Source: Thermoleophilia bacterium (GTDB lineage: Bacteria; Actinomycetota; Thermoleophilia; RBG-16-64-13). Taken from it: a stretch of 64,000 nucleotides of DNA. The translations under genes and the position numbers were made by a program. Shown one piece after another: positions 52,660 through 60,692 of this stretch (its first letter is position 1; every line of letters begins with the position of its first letter). The notes below the pieces were generated by a model. That model ran no database searches. It worked only from the letters and a program-made list of their open reading frames with translations, and was not told the DNA's origin. The stretch covers positions 84,962-148,961 of the forward strand of contig JAXGIS010000002.1 of assembly GCA_040770645.1 (NCBI GenBank), given 5' to 3'.

Positions 52660-52821
52660 ATGAAGCTGGCGAAGTTGGTGGCGGCTGTAGCGGCTATCGC
52701 AGGAGTGGTGGTCCTGGTGTTGTCCATCCTCAACAGAGACGGAGGCGCGCTCTGGATGCCTTTTGCCTTCTTCTTGGGGCTGCTGCTCGAACTGATAGCG
52801 GTGGTTTTCGCCGTACGATGA
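52660..52821 (+). CDS. small two-helix membrane protein
   Basis: ATG follows GAAGGAGG: MKLAKLVAAVAAIAGVVVLVLSIL...LWMPFAFFLGLLLELIAVVFAV. Confidence 0.45.
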   Translation: MKLAKLVAAVAAIAGVVVLVLSILNRDGGALWMPFAFFLGLLLELIAVVFAVR

Positions 52822-53107
52822 CTCGAAGCCGTCGAGGCCCGCGAGCGCCTGAAAGAGGCCGCCTGAACCGCTCTTCGCACCGCGCGGTCGTTTCTGCGAT
52901 TTGATCGGCATCGCCCCTGCGCACCTGAGGGTCAGACATACGCCCGCGAAGGGCGCGCAGGGGCGGCGAATACCGGCAAGCGCGATTGGGCCCATGAGGG
53001 TCATCACTTCGGCGCCGCGGCCGTCCAATCGGCACGGCTCCTGGCACGGCTCCCGGGCCCGTTCCCCGTTACGGCTCCCACTTCCCCTTCGGGGCCGATC
53101 CCGCTCC

Positions 53108-53716
53108 TCAGGCCCGGATCTCAATCCAAAGGCCGCCTTCGGTCACCACTCGAGCACAGTCATCGAGCTCAGCGGCACGCACCATGGCCTCGGCGTCCGC
53201 CGGGGCGATGCGCTGCTTACCAATGGCCTCGTTCAAAGCTTTGGAGCGGGCCGCGATAGGCACGATCACGCTCTCCGGGGTGAGGGGACCATAACCCCCT
53301 CCCACCCAGCCGAACCCACCCGGCCGCAACACACGCCTCACTTCGCGCAGTAGTGTCGGCGTCAAGAAGAAGAAGGCACCACGCACGGCCACCAGATCGA
53401 AGGAAGCGTCCAACCCAGGAATGGGCTCCAAGGGCAGTTTGCGGGTGCCGAGCCGCGCAGCGCAGCCGCCGGCAACGGCCTGCTCCTCCGCCCAGCGCAA
53501 CACCGGCTCCGACTCATCGATCACGTCGGCCGTGCAACTCTCGCATTTGCTCAGCAGCGAGACGGCCAGACCTCCGGCAAACGGCCCCAAATCGAGGAGC
53601 CTCCCCCCCTCGCTCGTCCACACAGCCAGGACATGCTCGGCCATATACGGGTACACAGGGAGCCACAGGGCGTTGATCTCGGTGATGATGGAGTCGTCGC
53701 GGATCACAGGGTACAT
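53108..53716 (-). CDS. class I SAM-dependent methyltransferase
   Basis: RLLDLGPFAGGLAVSL (motif I-like) ... FDLVAVRGAFFFL ... LRPGGFGWVGGG. Confidence 0.75.
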   Translation of the reverse strand: MYPVIRDDSIITEINALWLPVYPYMAEHVLAVWTSEGGRLLDLGPFAGGLAVSLLSKCESCTADVIDESEPVLRWAEEQAVAGGCAARLGTRKLPLEPIPGLDASFDLVAVRGAFFFLTPTLLREVRRVLRPGGFGWVGGGYGPLTPESVIVPIAARSKALNEAIGKQRIAPADAEAMVRAAELDDCARVVTEGGLWIEIRA

Positions 53717-53800
53717 CTCCTAATTCGTCGCGGCGGCCGCTGAATAATCCTTCGCAGCAGGCCCTAGCCCAAGACCCAAGGATCGCATCGCCTAAGGCGG

Positions 53801-54403
53801 CTAGGTCTTCTCAAGCAGTACTTCGTCTACGCCGTCCATCTCCACCAGATGCACGATGATCTTCTCGCTGCGGGCCGTGGGCACGTTCTTCCCCACGAAA
53901 TCAGGGCGGATGGGTAGCTCACGATGACCGCGATCCACCAACACCGCCAAGCGCACCGCAGCCGGCCGACCGTAGTCGAAGAGCGCCTCGATGGCGGCGC
54001 GGATGGTGCGCCCCGTCTGCAGCACGTCATCCACCAGCACGATGGTGGCGCCGTTCACATCAAAAGGAATGCGGCTGGAGCGAACCACGGGTTGCTCGTA
54101 AGCCAGAGTGGGAGGACGCGTGTCTATGTCGTCACGATAGAAAGTGATATCGATAGAGCCTGTGATGGGCTGGTAGTCGTTGAATTCCGCCGTGATAGCC
54201 GCCAACCGCTCAGCCAGTTCCACCCCCCGGCGCTGGATCCCCACGAACGCCACCCGTTCCCCATCCGGCGCCTGCTCAGCGATCTCGTGCGCGATACGGG
54301 CCAACGAGCGCTTGACCCGTTCCTCGTCCATAAGCACAACCACATCGGTCGCACCCGCCCCCGTATCCGCCGGTCCGTCTCGCACACCCTTGTCTTTGGC
54401 CAT
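53801..54403 (-). CDS. pyrR: bifunctional pyrimidine operon regulator / uracil phosphoribosyltransferase PyrR
   Basis: VGIQRRGVELAERL...TIVLVDDVLQTGRTIRAA (PRPP motif) ...LVDRGHRELPIRPDFVGKN. Confidence 0.92.
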   Translation of the reverse strand: MAKDKGVRDGPADTGAGATDVVVLMDEERVKRSLARIAHEIAEQAPDGERVAFVGIQRRGVELAERLAAITAEFNDYQPITGSIDITFYRDDIDTRPPTLAYEQPVVRSSRIPFDVNGATIVLVDDVLQTGRTIRAAIEALFDYGRPAAVRLAVLVDRGHRELPIRPDFVGKNVPTARSEKIIVHLVEMDGVDEVLLEKT

Positions 54404-54408
54404 CGCCG

Positions 54409-54437
54409 CCCTCCTCCTCTCAAGGAGCCTGCAAAGC
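54409..54437 (-). promoter_or_regulatory. possible degenerate PyrR site in the pyrR leader
   Basis: The RNA GCUUUGCAGGCUCCUUGAGAGGAGGAGGGCGGCG-AUG shares the UCC..GAGAGG core but lacks UUUAA. Confidence 0.3.
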
Positions 54438-54453
54438 CTTCAAGGAAGGCGTG

Positions 54454-54482
54454 ATTGTAGCGAAGCGACGTGGTCCCCGCAA
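54454..54482 (-). promoter_or_regulatory. candidate pyrR promoter
   Basis: The minus strand reads TTGCGG-17 nt-TACAAT, about 50 nt upstream of the pyrR ATG. Confidence 0.4.
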
Positions 54483-54507
54483 CAGACACACGATCTGCCC
54501 GACGATA

Positions 54508-55818
54508 TCACACCTGCAGGTTCCTGCTCCCCGGCAACGCGCTCAGAGCCGCCGCCATGGCCAAAGCCTGCTGGAACAACGTATCGGCGGCATCGTGCTC
54601 CAGCTCCTCCACCAGTAATGCCTCTTCAGAGGGAAGCGGCATGTACATGGTCCGCAACTCGACTTCACGGTCCCCTGCCCGGAGATGCGAAGAGCAGACG
54701 CCCGTCTCGGGCGTGCGCCTGATGGTGATGGTGGAAGCAACCTCTCCGACCGCTGATGTGCCCGCTTCCAACGTGATGGTCTCCAGCCCCCCGAACTCCC
54801 CAGGTAGGCACCGATGTGGCTGCAGGCGAATGGAGACCGTACCTCCGGGCGTATTTCCCACTCCCGCCCGCCACATCTCCAAAATCGCGGCTTCGCCCTC
54901 CCGACGCCACCCGTGCCCAACGAGTATCCACCCCAGGCGTGTGGCCAACCATCCACAGAAGAGCAGCGCACGAGATACGGCCGGCCCCAACTGCTCCTCC
55001 CCTCCGGCCAACATCTCGCTGTCCACCACCTCGCTGCCGTAACTCACAACCACGGTTTCGAGCCTGTCGAGCATGCTCCGGTAATCGGGATCCTCAAACA
55101 GATCCGCCACCATCTCCAACCAAGGGGTGAGTCTGGCCCAACTGAAATCCCCAAGCGTGGTGCGCCCTCCCACCTCCAAGATAAGGTGAGACATCAGCCG
55201 AAGCCCGCGCACCGGATCGGCGAATGCCGCCGAATCGAGCACCATGCGATCGGCCAGGGCCGCGATCCTACGGAAATCCTGAGCCGTGCAGTCCGGTTCC
55301 TGCGGTACCCAAAGCGCCACCGGCAGCTCTCCCAACAGCAGGGGTTCCACGAAGCTCTGCAGAAGAGGAGCGTCCTCGGTGCGGGCCGGAATCAGCACTT
55401 CCTCGTAGCATGCACTCGCTTCCACGCCGGCACCAACGGCTTGCGGGACCACCGCCGTGCGAAGCCCATCCGCGTCTTCCAACTTCTGCGGGAAGCAGCA
55501 CACCGTCACCCGAGCGGCCGGCCCACTGACGCCCTCGAACTCCCGCGCCTCGCGCAGGCGATCGCCCGGCACCTGTTCGGTGAGTATGATGGTTCTGGCC
55601 GGATGTGTCCCAGCCAAGGCTTCCACCACCCCTGCCGCCCGCTGCGCCTGCCTCGCTCCCCGAGTCAGCACAAGCAGATTGAGCCGCCGCAGCGTGGACA
55701 GCGCCGGACCGTGGGCCGCCAGCTGCTCCTCGGCCAACCGCCCCCACAACCCACGCAGCACGTCGCCAACTTCGCCAAGACTGGTCCACTGTGACAGCCT
55801 GTTCACGGCCGCCTCCAT
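54508..55818 (-). CDS. opcA: glucose-6-phosphate dehydrogenase assembly protein OpcA
   Basis: VGDVLRGLWGR...STLRRLNLLVLTRG...LAGTHPARTIILTE matches the OpcA N-terminal signature. Confidence 0.82.
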   Translation of the reverse strand: MEAAVNRLSQWTSLGEVGDVLRGLWGRLAEEQLAAHGPALSTLRRLNLLVLTRGARQAQRAAGVVEALAGTHPARTIILTEQVPGDRLREAREFEGVSGPAARVTVCCFPQKLEDADGLRTAVVPQAVGAGVEASACYEEVLIPARTEDAPLLQSFVEPLLLGELPVALWVPQEPDCTAQDFRRIAALADRMVLDSAAFADPVRGLRLMSHLILEVGGRTTLGDFSWARLTPWLEMVADLFEDPDYRSMLDRLETVVVSYGSEVVDSEMLAGGEEQLGPAVSRALLFCGWLATRLGWILVGHGWRREGEAAILEMWRAGVGNTPGGTVSIRLQPHRCLPGEFGGLETITLEAGTSAVGEVASTITIRRTPETGVCSSHLRAGDREVELRTMYMPLPSEEALLVEELEHDAADTLFQQALAMAAALSALPGSRNLQV

Positions 55819-56059
55819 TACCGCTCGGGCTTTGCCATCAGGCGGGTAGCCACCCCGACGCCGCCCACCGACGTTGAGGTGACCTCCTGAGCAGACGCTC
55901 TATATGTCTGTATCCCCAAAACTTCAGGAGATCAAGCAGGTCTTTCCAACCATCCCCAGGAGGCTGCCGGCCAGTCACACAGTCGCGGCTGCGGCAACGG
56001 CAGAGGCCGTGAAGAATTGAGCCGCCGAGACCGCTCGCGTCCTGTCAAAGGAGGCTAGG

Positions 56060-56603
56060 AGCCTGTCGGGAAAAACCCGCAGGTGAAGTCTAGACTCTCC
56101 CGGGCCGGGCGGGTAGTGTGGCTGGAAACGACCCAGGAGGCGTGCTCGTGGCCCGGGACTTCCTGCCCTATGATCTCGACCAGCAGTATCTGCTTCCTCC
56201 CAGCCTGAAAGAGTGGCTCCCTGCCGACCACCTCGCCTTCTTCGTCTCCGACGTGGTCGACTCTCTGGATCTGTCTCTCATCATGGACACCTACCAGAAA
56301 GACGAGCTTCGCGGCCGCCCCGGATATAACCCGGCCATGCTCCTCAAGCTCCTCATCTACGGATACGCCCAGGGCAAGACCTCTTCCCGCAAGCTGGAGC
56401 GCTCCACCTACGAAGAAGTCCCCTACCGCGTCCTTGCCGGCAACCAGCACCCCGACCACGACTCCATCGCCTCGTTTCGCAAACGCCATCTCGCGGCGCT
56501 CGGTGGCCTCTTCACCCAGGTCCTTCGCCTCTGTCAGGAGGCCGGCCTCATCAAGCTGGGTCACGTGGCCTTGGACGGCTCCAAGCTGAAAGCGAGCGCA
56601 CAC
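56060..56603 (+). mobile_element. IS1182-family IS remnant: 5' end plus the first ~150 codons of the transposase (GTG 56148), truncated
   Basis: AGGAGG-7 nt-GTG, then ARDFLPYDLDQQYLLPPSLKEWLPADHLAFFVSDVVDSLDLSLI..GRPGYNPAMLLKLLIYGYAQGKTSSRKLER...HVALDGSKLKASA. Homology stops at about 56601-56606. The left IS boundary could not be determined. Confidence 0.75.
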
Positions 56604-56606
56604 CCC

Positions 56607-57227
56607 CACCGCCGACAGCGGCGGCACCTCTTCACCGGCCGCCAGGCGCCCGGCCAGCTCCTCCAGCCCCGCGATGTACGCCTCCATCACCTGGCGATGG
56701 CGCTCCAGCGAGAAGATGAGCGTGACGTTGATGCAGGCGCCCCGCCCCACCAACGTGCGGATGGCCTCCACCCCCTCGACGGTGGCGGGGACCTTGACCA
56801 ACACGTTGGGCCTGTCCACCATGTACGCCAGCCGTTCCACATCCGCCACGGTGGCGGCCGCGTCGTGAGCCAGGCTCGGCGCCACTTCGATGCTGACCCA
56901 GCCGTCTTTGCCGTGCGTTCCCTCCCAGACCGGCCGCAGCACATCGGCCGCCATCTGGATATCCTGGGCCATCAGGATATCCACCACCTCCGACGCCGAG
57001 AGCCCCTCGCGCGCCAAGTCGGCGATGGCCTGGTCGTACTCGGCGGAAGCGGTCACGGCTTTGTGGAAAATAGTGGGATTACTGGTGATGCCGGTGACGG
57101 CATCCCCCGCCACCATGGCCTCGAGTTCACCGTAGAGAACCACTCCCCGGCGTATGTTGTCGTACCACACACTCTGGCCGGCGGCGTACAGGCGCTGCAA
57201 GGGATTCTGCTCGTAAATGTCCACCAT
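56607..57227 (-). pseudogene. tal: transaldolase, 3'-truncated at the IS junction
   Basis: MVDIYEQNPLQRLYAAGQSVWYDNIRR...GITSNPTIF...WVSIEVAP...VLVKVPAT...INVTLIFS...EEVPPLSAV. The expected SVASFFVSRVD is replaced by the antisense of the transposase. Confidence 0.85.
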
Positions 57228-57254
57228 GGCTCAGCGGCTCCTCATGCTCTCACT

Positions 57255-59297
57255 TCACGAGATCAGACTGCGTGCGGCGGAGGCCACCGCCTCCGGAGTG
57301 ATACCCAACTCCTTCATGACCCTCGGTCCCGGCGCGGAAGCGCCGAAACGATCGATGACGACCATCTTCCCGCGCTCACCCACCCAACGTTCCCAACCCA
57401 ACCCGGTGCCGGCCTCCACCACGACACGCGCGGTCACTGACGGCGGCAGCACCTCGTCGCGGTACTCCTGTGACTGCGCCGCGAACAGCTCCCAACTGGG
57501 GAAGGCCACCACCCGCGCCATGATGCCCTGCACCGACAGCATATCCCGCGCGCTCAGCGCCGTGTGCACCTCGGACCCCGAGGCCATGATGATGACCTCC
57601 ATGGTGCCGCCGTGCGGGTCGGAGAGTACGTACGCGCCTCGGGAGAGGAGATCGGCGCCGGCCAGGTGCGATCGATCCAAGATGGGGACGTTCTGGCGCG
57701 TGAGGATGAGGGCGGTGGGGCCCTCCACCTCCTCCAAAGCCACCCGCCACGCCTCCGCCGTCTCGTTGGCGTCGGTGGGACGGATCACCGTGAGGCCGGG
57801 GATGGCCCGCAACGCCGCCAAGTGCTCCACGGGCTGATGGGTGGGCCCGTCCTCGCCCACCGCCACACTGTCGTGCGTGAAGACGTGGACCACGTGTGCC
57901 CCTGAGAGGGCGGCCATGCGGATGGAGGGCCGCATGTAATCAGAGAAGACCAAGAAGGTGCCGCCGTAGGGCAACACGCCGCCGTGCAGAGCCAGGCCGT
58001 TGAGGATGCCGCCCATGGCGTGCTCCCGCACCCCGAAACGGATGTTGCGACCACCACGGAACCGCCGATCGAACGGGCCCTTGCCCTCGAGATAGGTGTT
58101 GTTGGACGGAGCCAAATCGGCCGAGCCACCCATGAGGTTCGACACCGCGTCCGCCACGGCGTTGAGCACTTTGCCCGAAGCGGCACGGGTAGCCATGGGG
58201 CCGTCCGCGGGAGTGAAGGCCGGCAGCGCGGAGCGCCAGGCGGCCGAGGGTCTGCCGCTTAGACACGTGTCCCATTGAGCGGCCAACTCGGGGTGCTCGG
58301 CCCGGTAAGCGGCGAGCCGCTCCCGCCACTCCTGGTGGGCGGCGGCGCCCGCGGCCGCCGCCGCCGCATACCGCTCCCTGGCCTCGTCGGGGACCAAGAA
58401 CTGGGCGTCTTCAGGCCACCCCAAGGCCTGTTTGGTCAACCTGACCTCCTCTTCCCCCAGTGGTGCTCCGTGCGCGTCGGCGGAGTCTTCCTTGTGGGGA
58501 CTGCCGCAGCCTATGTGAGTGCGCACCAGGATCAGGCTGGGTCGGTCAGCCACCTGCTTGGCACGGGCGATGGCGGCATCTATGAGGCTGAGATCGCCCC
58601 CGTCGGTCACCTGCATCACGTGCCATCCGTAGGCACCAAAACGATGCCCCACGTCCTCCGTGAAGGTGATCTGGGTGGGACCTTCAATGGAGATATGGTT
58701 GTCGTCGTATAGATAGATCAGTCTGCCCAACCCCAGATGGCCGGCTAAGGAGGCCGCCTCCGAGGCGATCCCCTCCATGAGGTCCCCATCAGAGACTATG
58801 CCGAAGGTGTAATGGCCCACCACCCGATGTTCGGGACGATTGAAGGTGTGCGCCAGGAACTCCTCGGCAATGGCCAAGCCCACACCGTTGGCAAACCCCT
58901 GACCCAACGGACCGGTGGTCACCTCCACACCGGGGGTCACGCCCCGTTCCGGGTGGCCCGGCGTGCGGCTGCCCCACTGACGAAAGTCCTTCAGGTCCTC
59001 GAGACTGAGATCGTATCCGGCGAGGTGGAGCAGAGCGTAGAGCAGCATGGATCCATGTCCGGCGGACAGGACGAAGCGATCGCGGTCGAACCAGTCGGGC
59101 GCGGCGGGATCGAAGGACAGGTGCCGGCTCCACAACACGTGGGCCATGGCCGCCGCTCCCATGGGCATACCGGGATGGCCGGAGTTGGCCTTCTGCACAG
59201 CATCCATCGCCAGCGTGCGAATGGTGTTAATGCACACCTGATCTACATCATCGAAACAGGCAGGTGCCTCCAGCGCAGCCTCAGCCATGAAACCCAC
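57255..59297 (-). CDS. tkt: transketolase
   Basis: [35 protein letters not shown]. The 680-aa frame is intact. Confidence 0.95.
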   Translation of the reverse strand: MGFMAEAALEAPACFDDVDQVCINTIRTLAMDAVQKANSGHPGMPMGAAAMAHVLWSRHLSFDPAAPDWFDRDRFVLSAGHGSMLLYALLHLAGYDLSLEDLKDFRQWGSRTPGHPERGVTPGVEVTTGPLGQGFANGVGLAIAEEFLAHTFNRPEHRVVGHYTFGIVSDGDLMEGIASEAASLAGHLGLGRLIYLYDDNHISIEGPTQITFTEDVGHRFGAYGWHVMQVTDGGDLSLIDAAIARAKQVADRPSLILVRTHIGCGSPHKEDSADAHGAPLGEEEVRLTKQALGWPEDAQFLVPDEARERYAAAAAAGAAAHQEWRERLAAYRAEHPELAAQWDTCLSGRPSAAWRSALPAFTPADGPMATRAASGKVLNAVADAVSNLMGGSADLAPSNNTYLEGKGPFDRRFRGGRNIRFGVREHAMGGILNGLALHGGVLPYGGTFLVFSDYMRPSIRMAALSGAHVVHVFTHDSVAVGEDGPTHQPVEHLAALRAIPGLTVIRPTDANETAEAWRVALEEVEGPTALILTRQNVPILDRSHLAGADLLSRGAYVLSDPHGGTMEVIIMASGSEVHTALSARDMLSVQGIMARVVAFPSWELFAAQSQEYRDEVLPPSVTARVVVEAGTGLGWERWVGERGKMVVIDRFGASAPGPRVMKELGITPEAVASAARSLIS

Positions 59298-59436
59298 CTC
59301 CGGCGCAGGGTCGATCTAGCAAGTGAGTGGTCTTGGGAGCCGCCCCGCAGTCTAGCACGTCGACCCCTCCAGCCCGGAACGGACAGGCGCGAGAGTCAGA
59401 ACCGCACTCACCGTCACCGGCTCGATGCGACTCAGG

Positions 59437-59889
59437 CTAGTCGACTCCTTGCGAGAGGACCGGACTCGAGTTCCGGCTCGTCGCGTCTACCGCCATTCCC
59501 AAGAAGTTCACAGTCGGAAGACCGAGTGCGCCCCATCTCCCCCGGCTTGTTTGACACCAGATATGTTCTCGGGCCGCAGTATAAAGAATCGAAAGACCGT
59601 TTACGGCTACAAGGCGGGCCGCCGAATCATCGTCTAGGTCGCGCTGTTCGAGTTCAAACGTTCCCGACAGGCTCATTTCCACCACATAGGGCGCCGGGGG
59701 GTCCAGATCGGGGCCCAACTTGAGACTCAGCTCTACCCTCCAATGCTGTGGCTCTTCTTTGCTTCGCCTGAGGGGACCGGGTTCTATCCGCACCTCCGGT
59801 TCCAACTCCATGGGCGCGTTTTCGTCGCCCGCCTCGATCAGTATGCGATCGATGAAGAGCTGCCTAAGCCGCAACGGTCCAGTTTTCAT
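59437..59889 (-). CDS. SecB-like chaperone of a toxin-antitoxin-chaperone (TAC) module
   Basis: ATG 59889 follows GGAAGGA: LRLRQLFIDRILIEA...SLSGTFELE...VNGLSILYTAAREHIWCQTSRGRWGALGLPTVNF resembles the SecB fold ends. It is the third gene after HigB/HigA. Confidence 0.7.
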   Translation of the reverse strand: MKTGPLRLRQLFIDRILIEAGDENAPMELEPEVRIEPGPLRRSKEEPQHWRVELSLKLGPDLDPPAPYVVEMSLSGTFELEQRDLDDDSAARLVAVNGLSILYTAAREHIWCQTSRGRWGALGLPTVNFLGMAVDATSRNSSPVLSQGVD

Positions 59890-60286
59890 CGTATCCTTCC
59901 CGGGCGGCGGTGGCATCCACAGGGACTCCGTCGGTAACCTCGTACTCGTTTGCCTCCACAAAGGCCAGATCGTCCAACCAGTGGGTCCGACTACCCCGTG
60001 GCGCCAGATGCGTGCGAAACTCCAAACCCAGCGCAAGAGCAATTCTGGCCATGGTTCGTAGAGTGAAATTTGCATTCCCACGGAGTATTTTCGTCACGTA
60101 GGCCTGTGAGGTGCCGAGCCGGCGTGCAAGCTCAGCCCTGGATACCCCCACCCGCTCCATAGCAAGACACAGATCCTCGGTGAAAGTGATGATGGCCTGT
60201 TCTTCCCAGAAGTCGTGATGACTCTCAGCCTCGCGGAATAGATCTGCGAACCCACGGTCACTCACCACTGCACCCCTTTCGCTCAT
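59864..60286 (-). CDS. higA: HigA-like XRE helix-turn-helix antitoxin with a C-terminal extension (candidate chaperone-addiction region)
   Basis: GVSRAELARRLGTSQAYVTKILRGNANFTLRTMARIALALG is the HTH. A tail of about 45 aa follows (HLAPRGSRTHWLDDLAFVEANEYEV...). Confidence 0.78.
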   Translation of the reverse strand: MSERGAVVSDRGFADLFREAESHHDFWEEQAIITFTEDLCLAMERVGVSRAELARRLGTSQAYVTKILRGNANFTLRTMARIALALGLEFRTHLAPRGSRTHWLDDLAFVEANEYEVTDGVPVDATAAREGYDENWTVAA

Positions 60287-60674
60287 CCAATAACACTAGT
60301 CCTCCTTGCTTCTTTGCTTGAAAATAATCACGCCTGACTCTGACAGCGAAGGCCTTCTCCGTCGGCGGACATCTCCTCGTTTTCTTCCTGAATCCATGGC
60401 TACAGACGATCAGACGATCCTGGTCAAAAAAGTAAAGAACACGAAACGACGTTGTCTTCAATTCGAAGATATCGTCACCAAGAGCATTCGATTTCTCCTT
60501 GTTCTTAGGTGGCCCGTAGCGGGATGTCCATTTGATCAATGCCATCATCTTGCGGGCTTCGACATCCCCGGGCTCCTCAAAGGAGCCAAGGAAATCCAGC
60601 AGTGGACAGTCCCCACCACTGTCACAGGCCGCGACAATGTCCCATTGGTCTCTTATTACCCCTCTCAGCTGCAT
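60258..60674 (-). CDS. higB: HigB/Gp49-like (RelE superfamily) toxin
   Basis: FELKTTSFRVLYFFDQDRLIVCSHGFRKKTRRCPPTEKAFAVRVRRDY is typical of Gp49/HigB toxins. Local GC is clearly lower than the flanks. Confidence 0.72.
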   Translation of the reverse strand: MQLRGVIRDQWDIVAACDSGGDCPLLDFLGSFEEPGDVEARKMMALIKWTSRYGPPKNKEKSNALGDDIFELKTTSFRVLYFFDQDRLIVCSHGFRKKTRRCPPTEKAFAVRVRRDYFQAKKQGGLVLLDERKGCSGE

Positions 60675-60692
60675 CTTAACCTATAAACCATG

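Noticed and set aside
52822-53107. An unassigned 286-nt region with 105- to 168-aa ORFs on both strands, checked for tRNA, sRNA or a small gene.
   Set aside because: The translations are Arg/Pro-rich with no motifs, and no cloverleaf-like or riboswitch-like structure was recognised. It is left unannotated.
55819-56050. Possible 3' remnant of zwf upstream of opcA. A short frame ends in TAATG, overlapping the opcA start.
   Set aside because: I translated all three minus-strand frames. None shows the G6PDH C-terminal pattern, and the TAATG-coupled frame is only about 35 codons after a stop. This is not supportable.
56055-57227. A 390-aa minus-strand ORF that looks like an intact gene.
   Set aside because: Only the first ~207 codons are transaldolase. 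The remainder is the antisense of the IS1182-like transposase fragment and stays open by chance.
56118-57440. A 440-aa plus-strand ORF that looks like a full-length transposase.
   Set aside because: Transposase homology ends at about 56603. Downstream it reads the antisense of tal and is Arg/His/Gly-rich nonsense.
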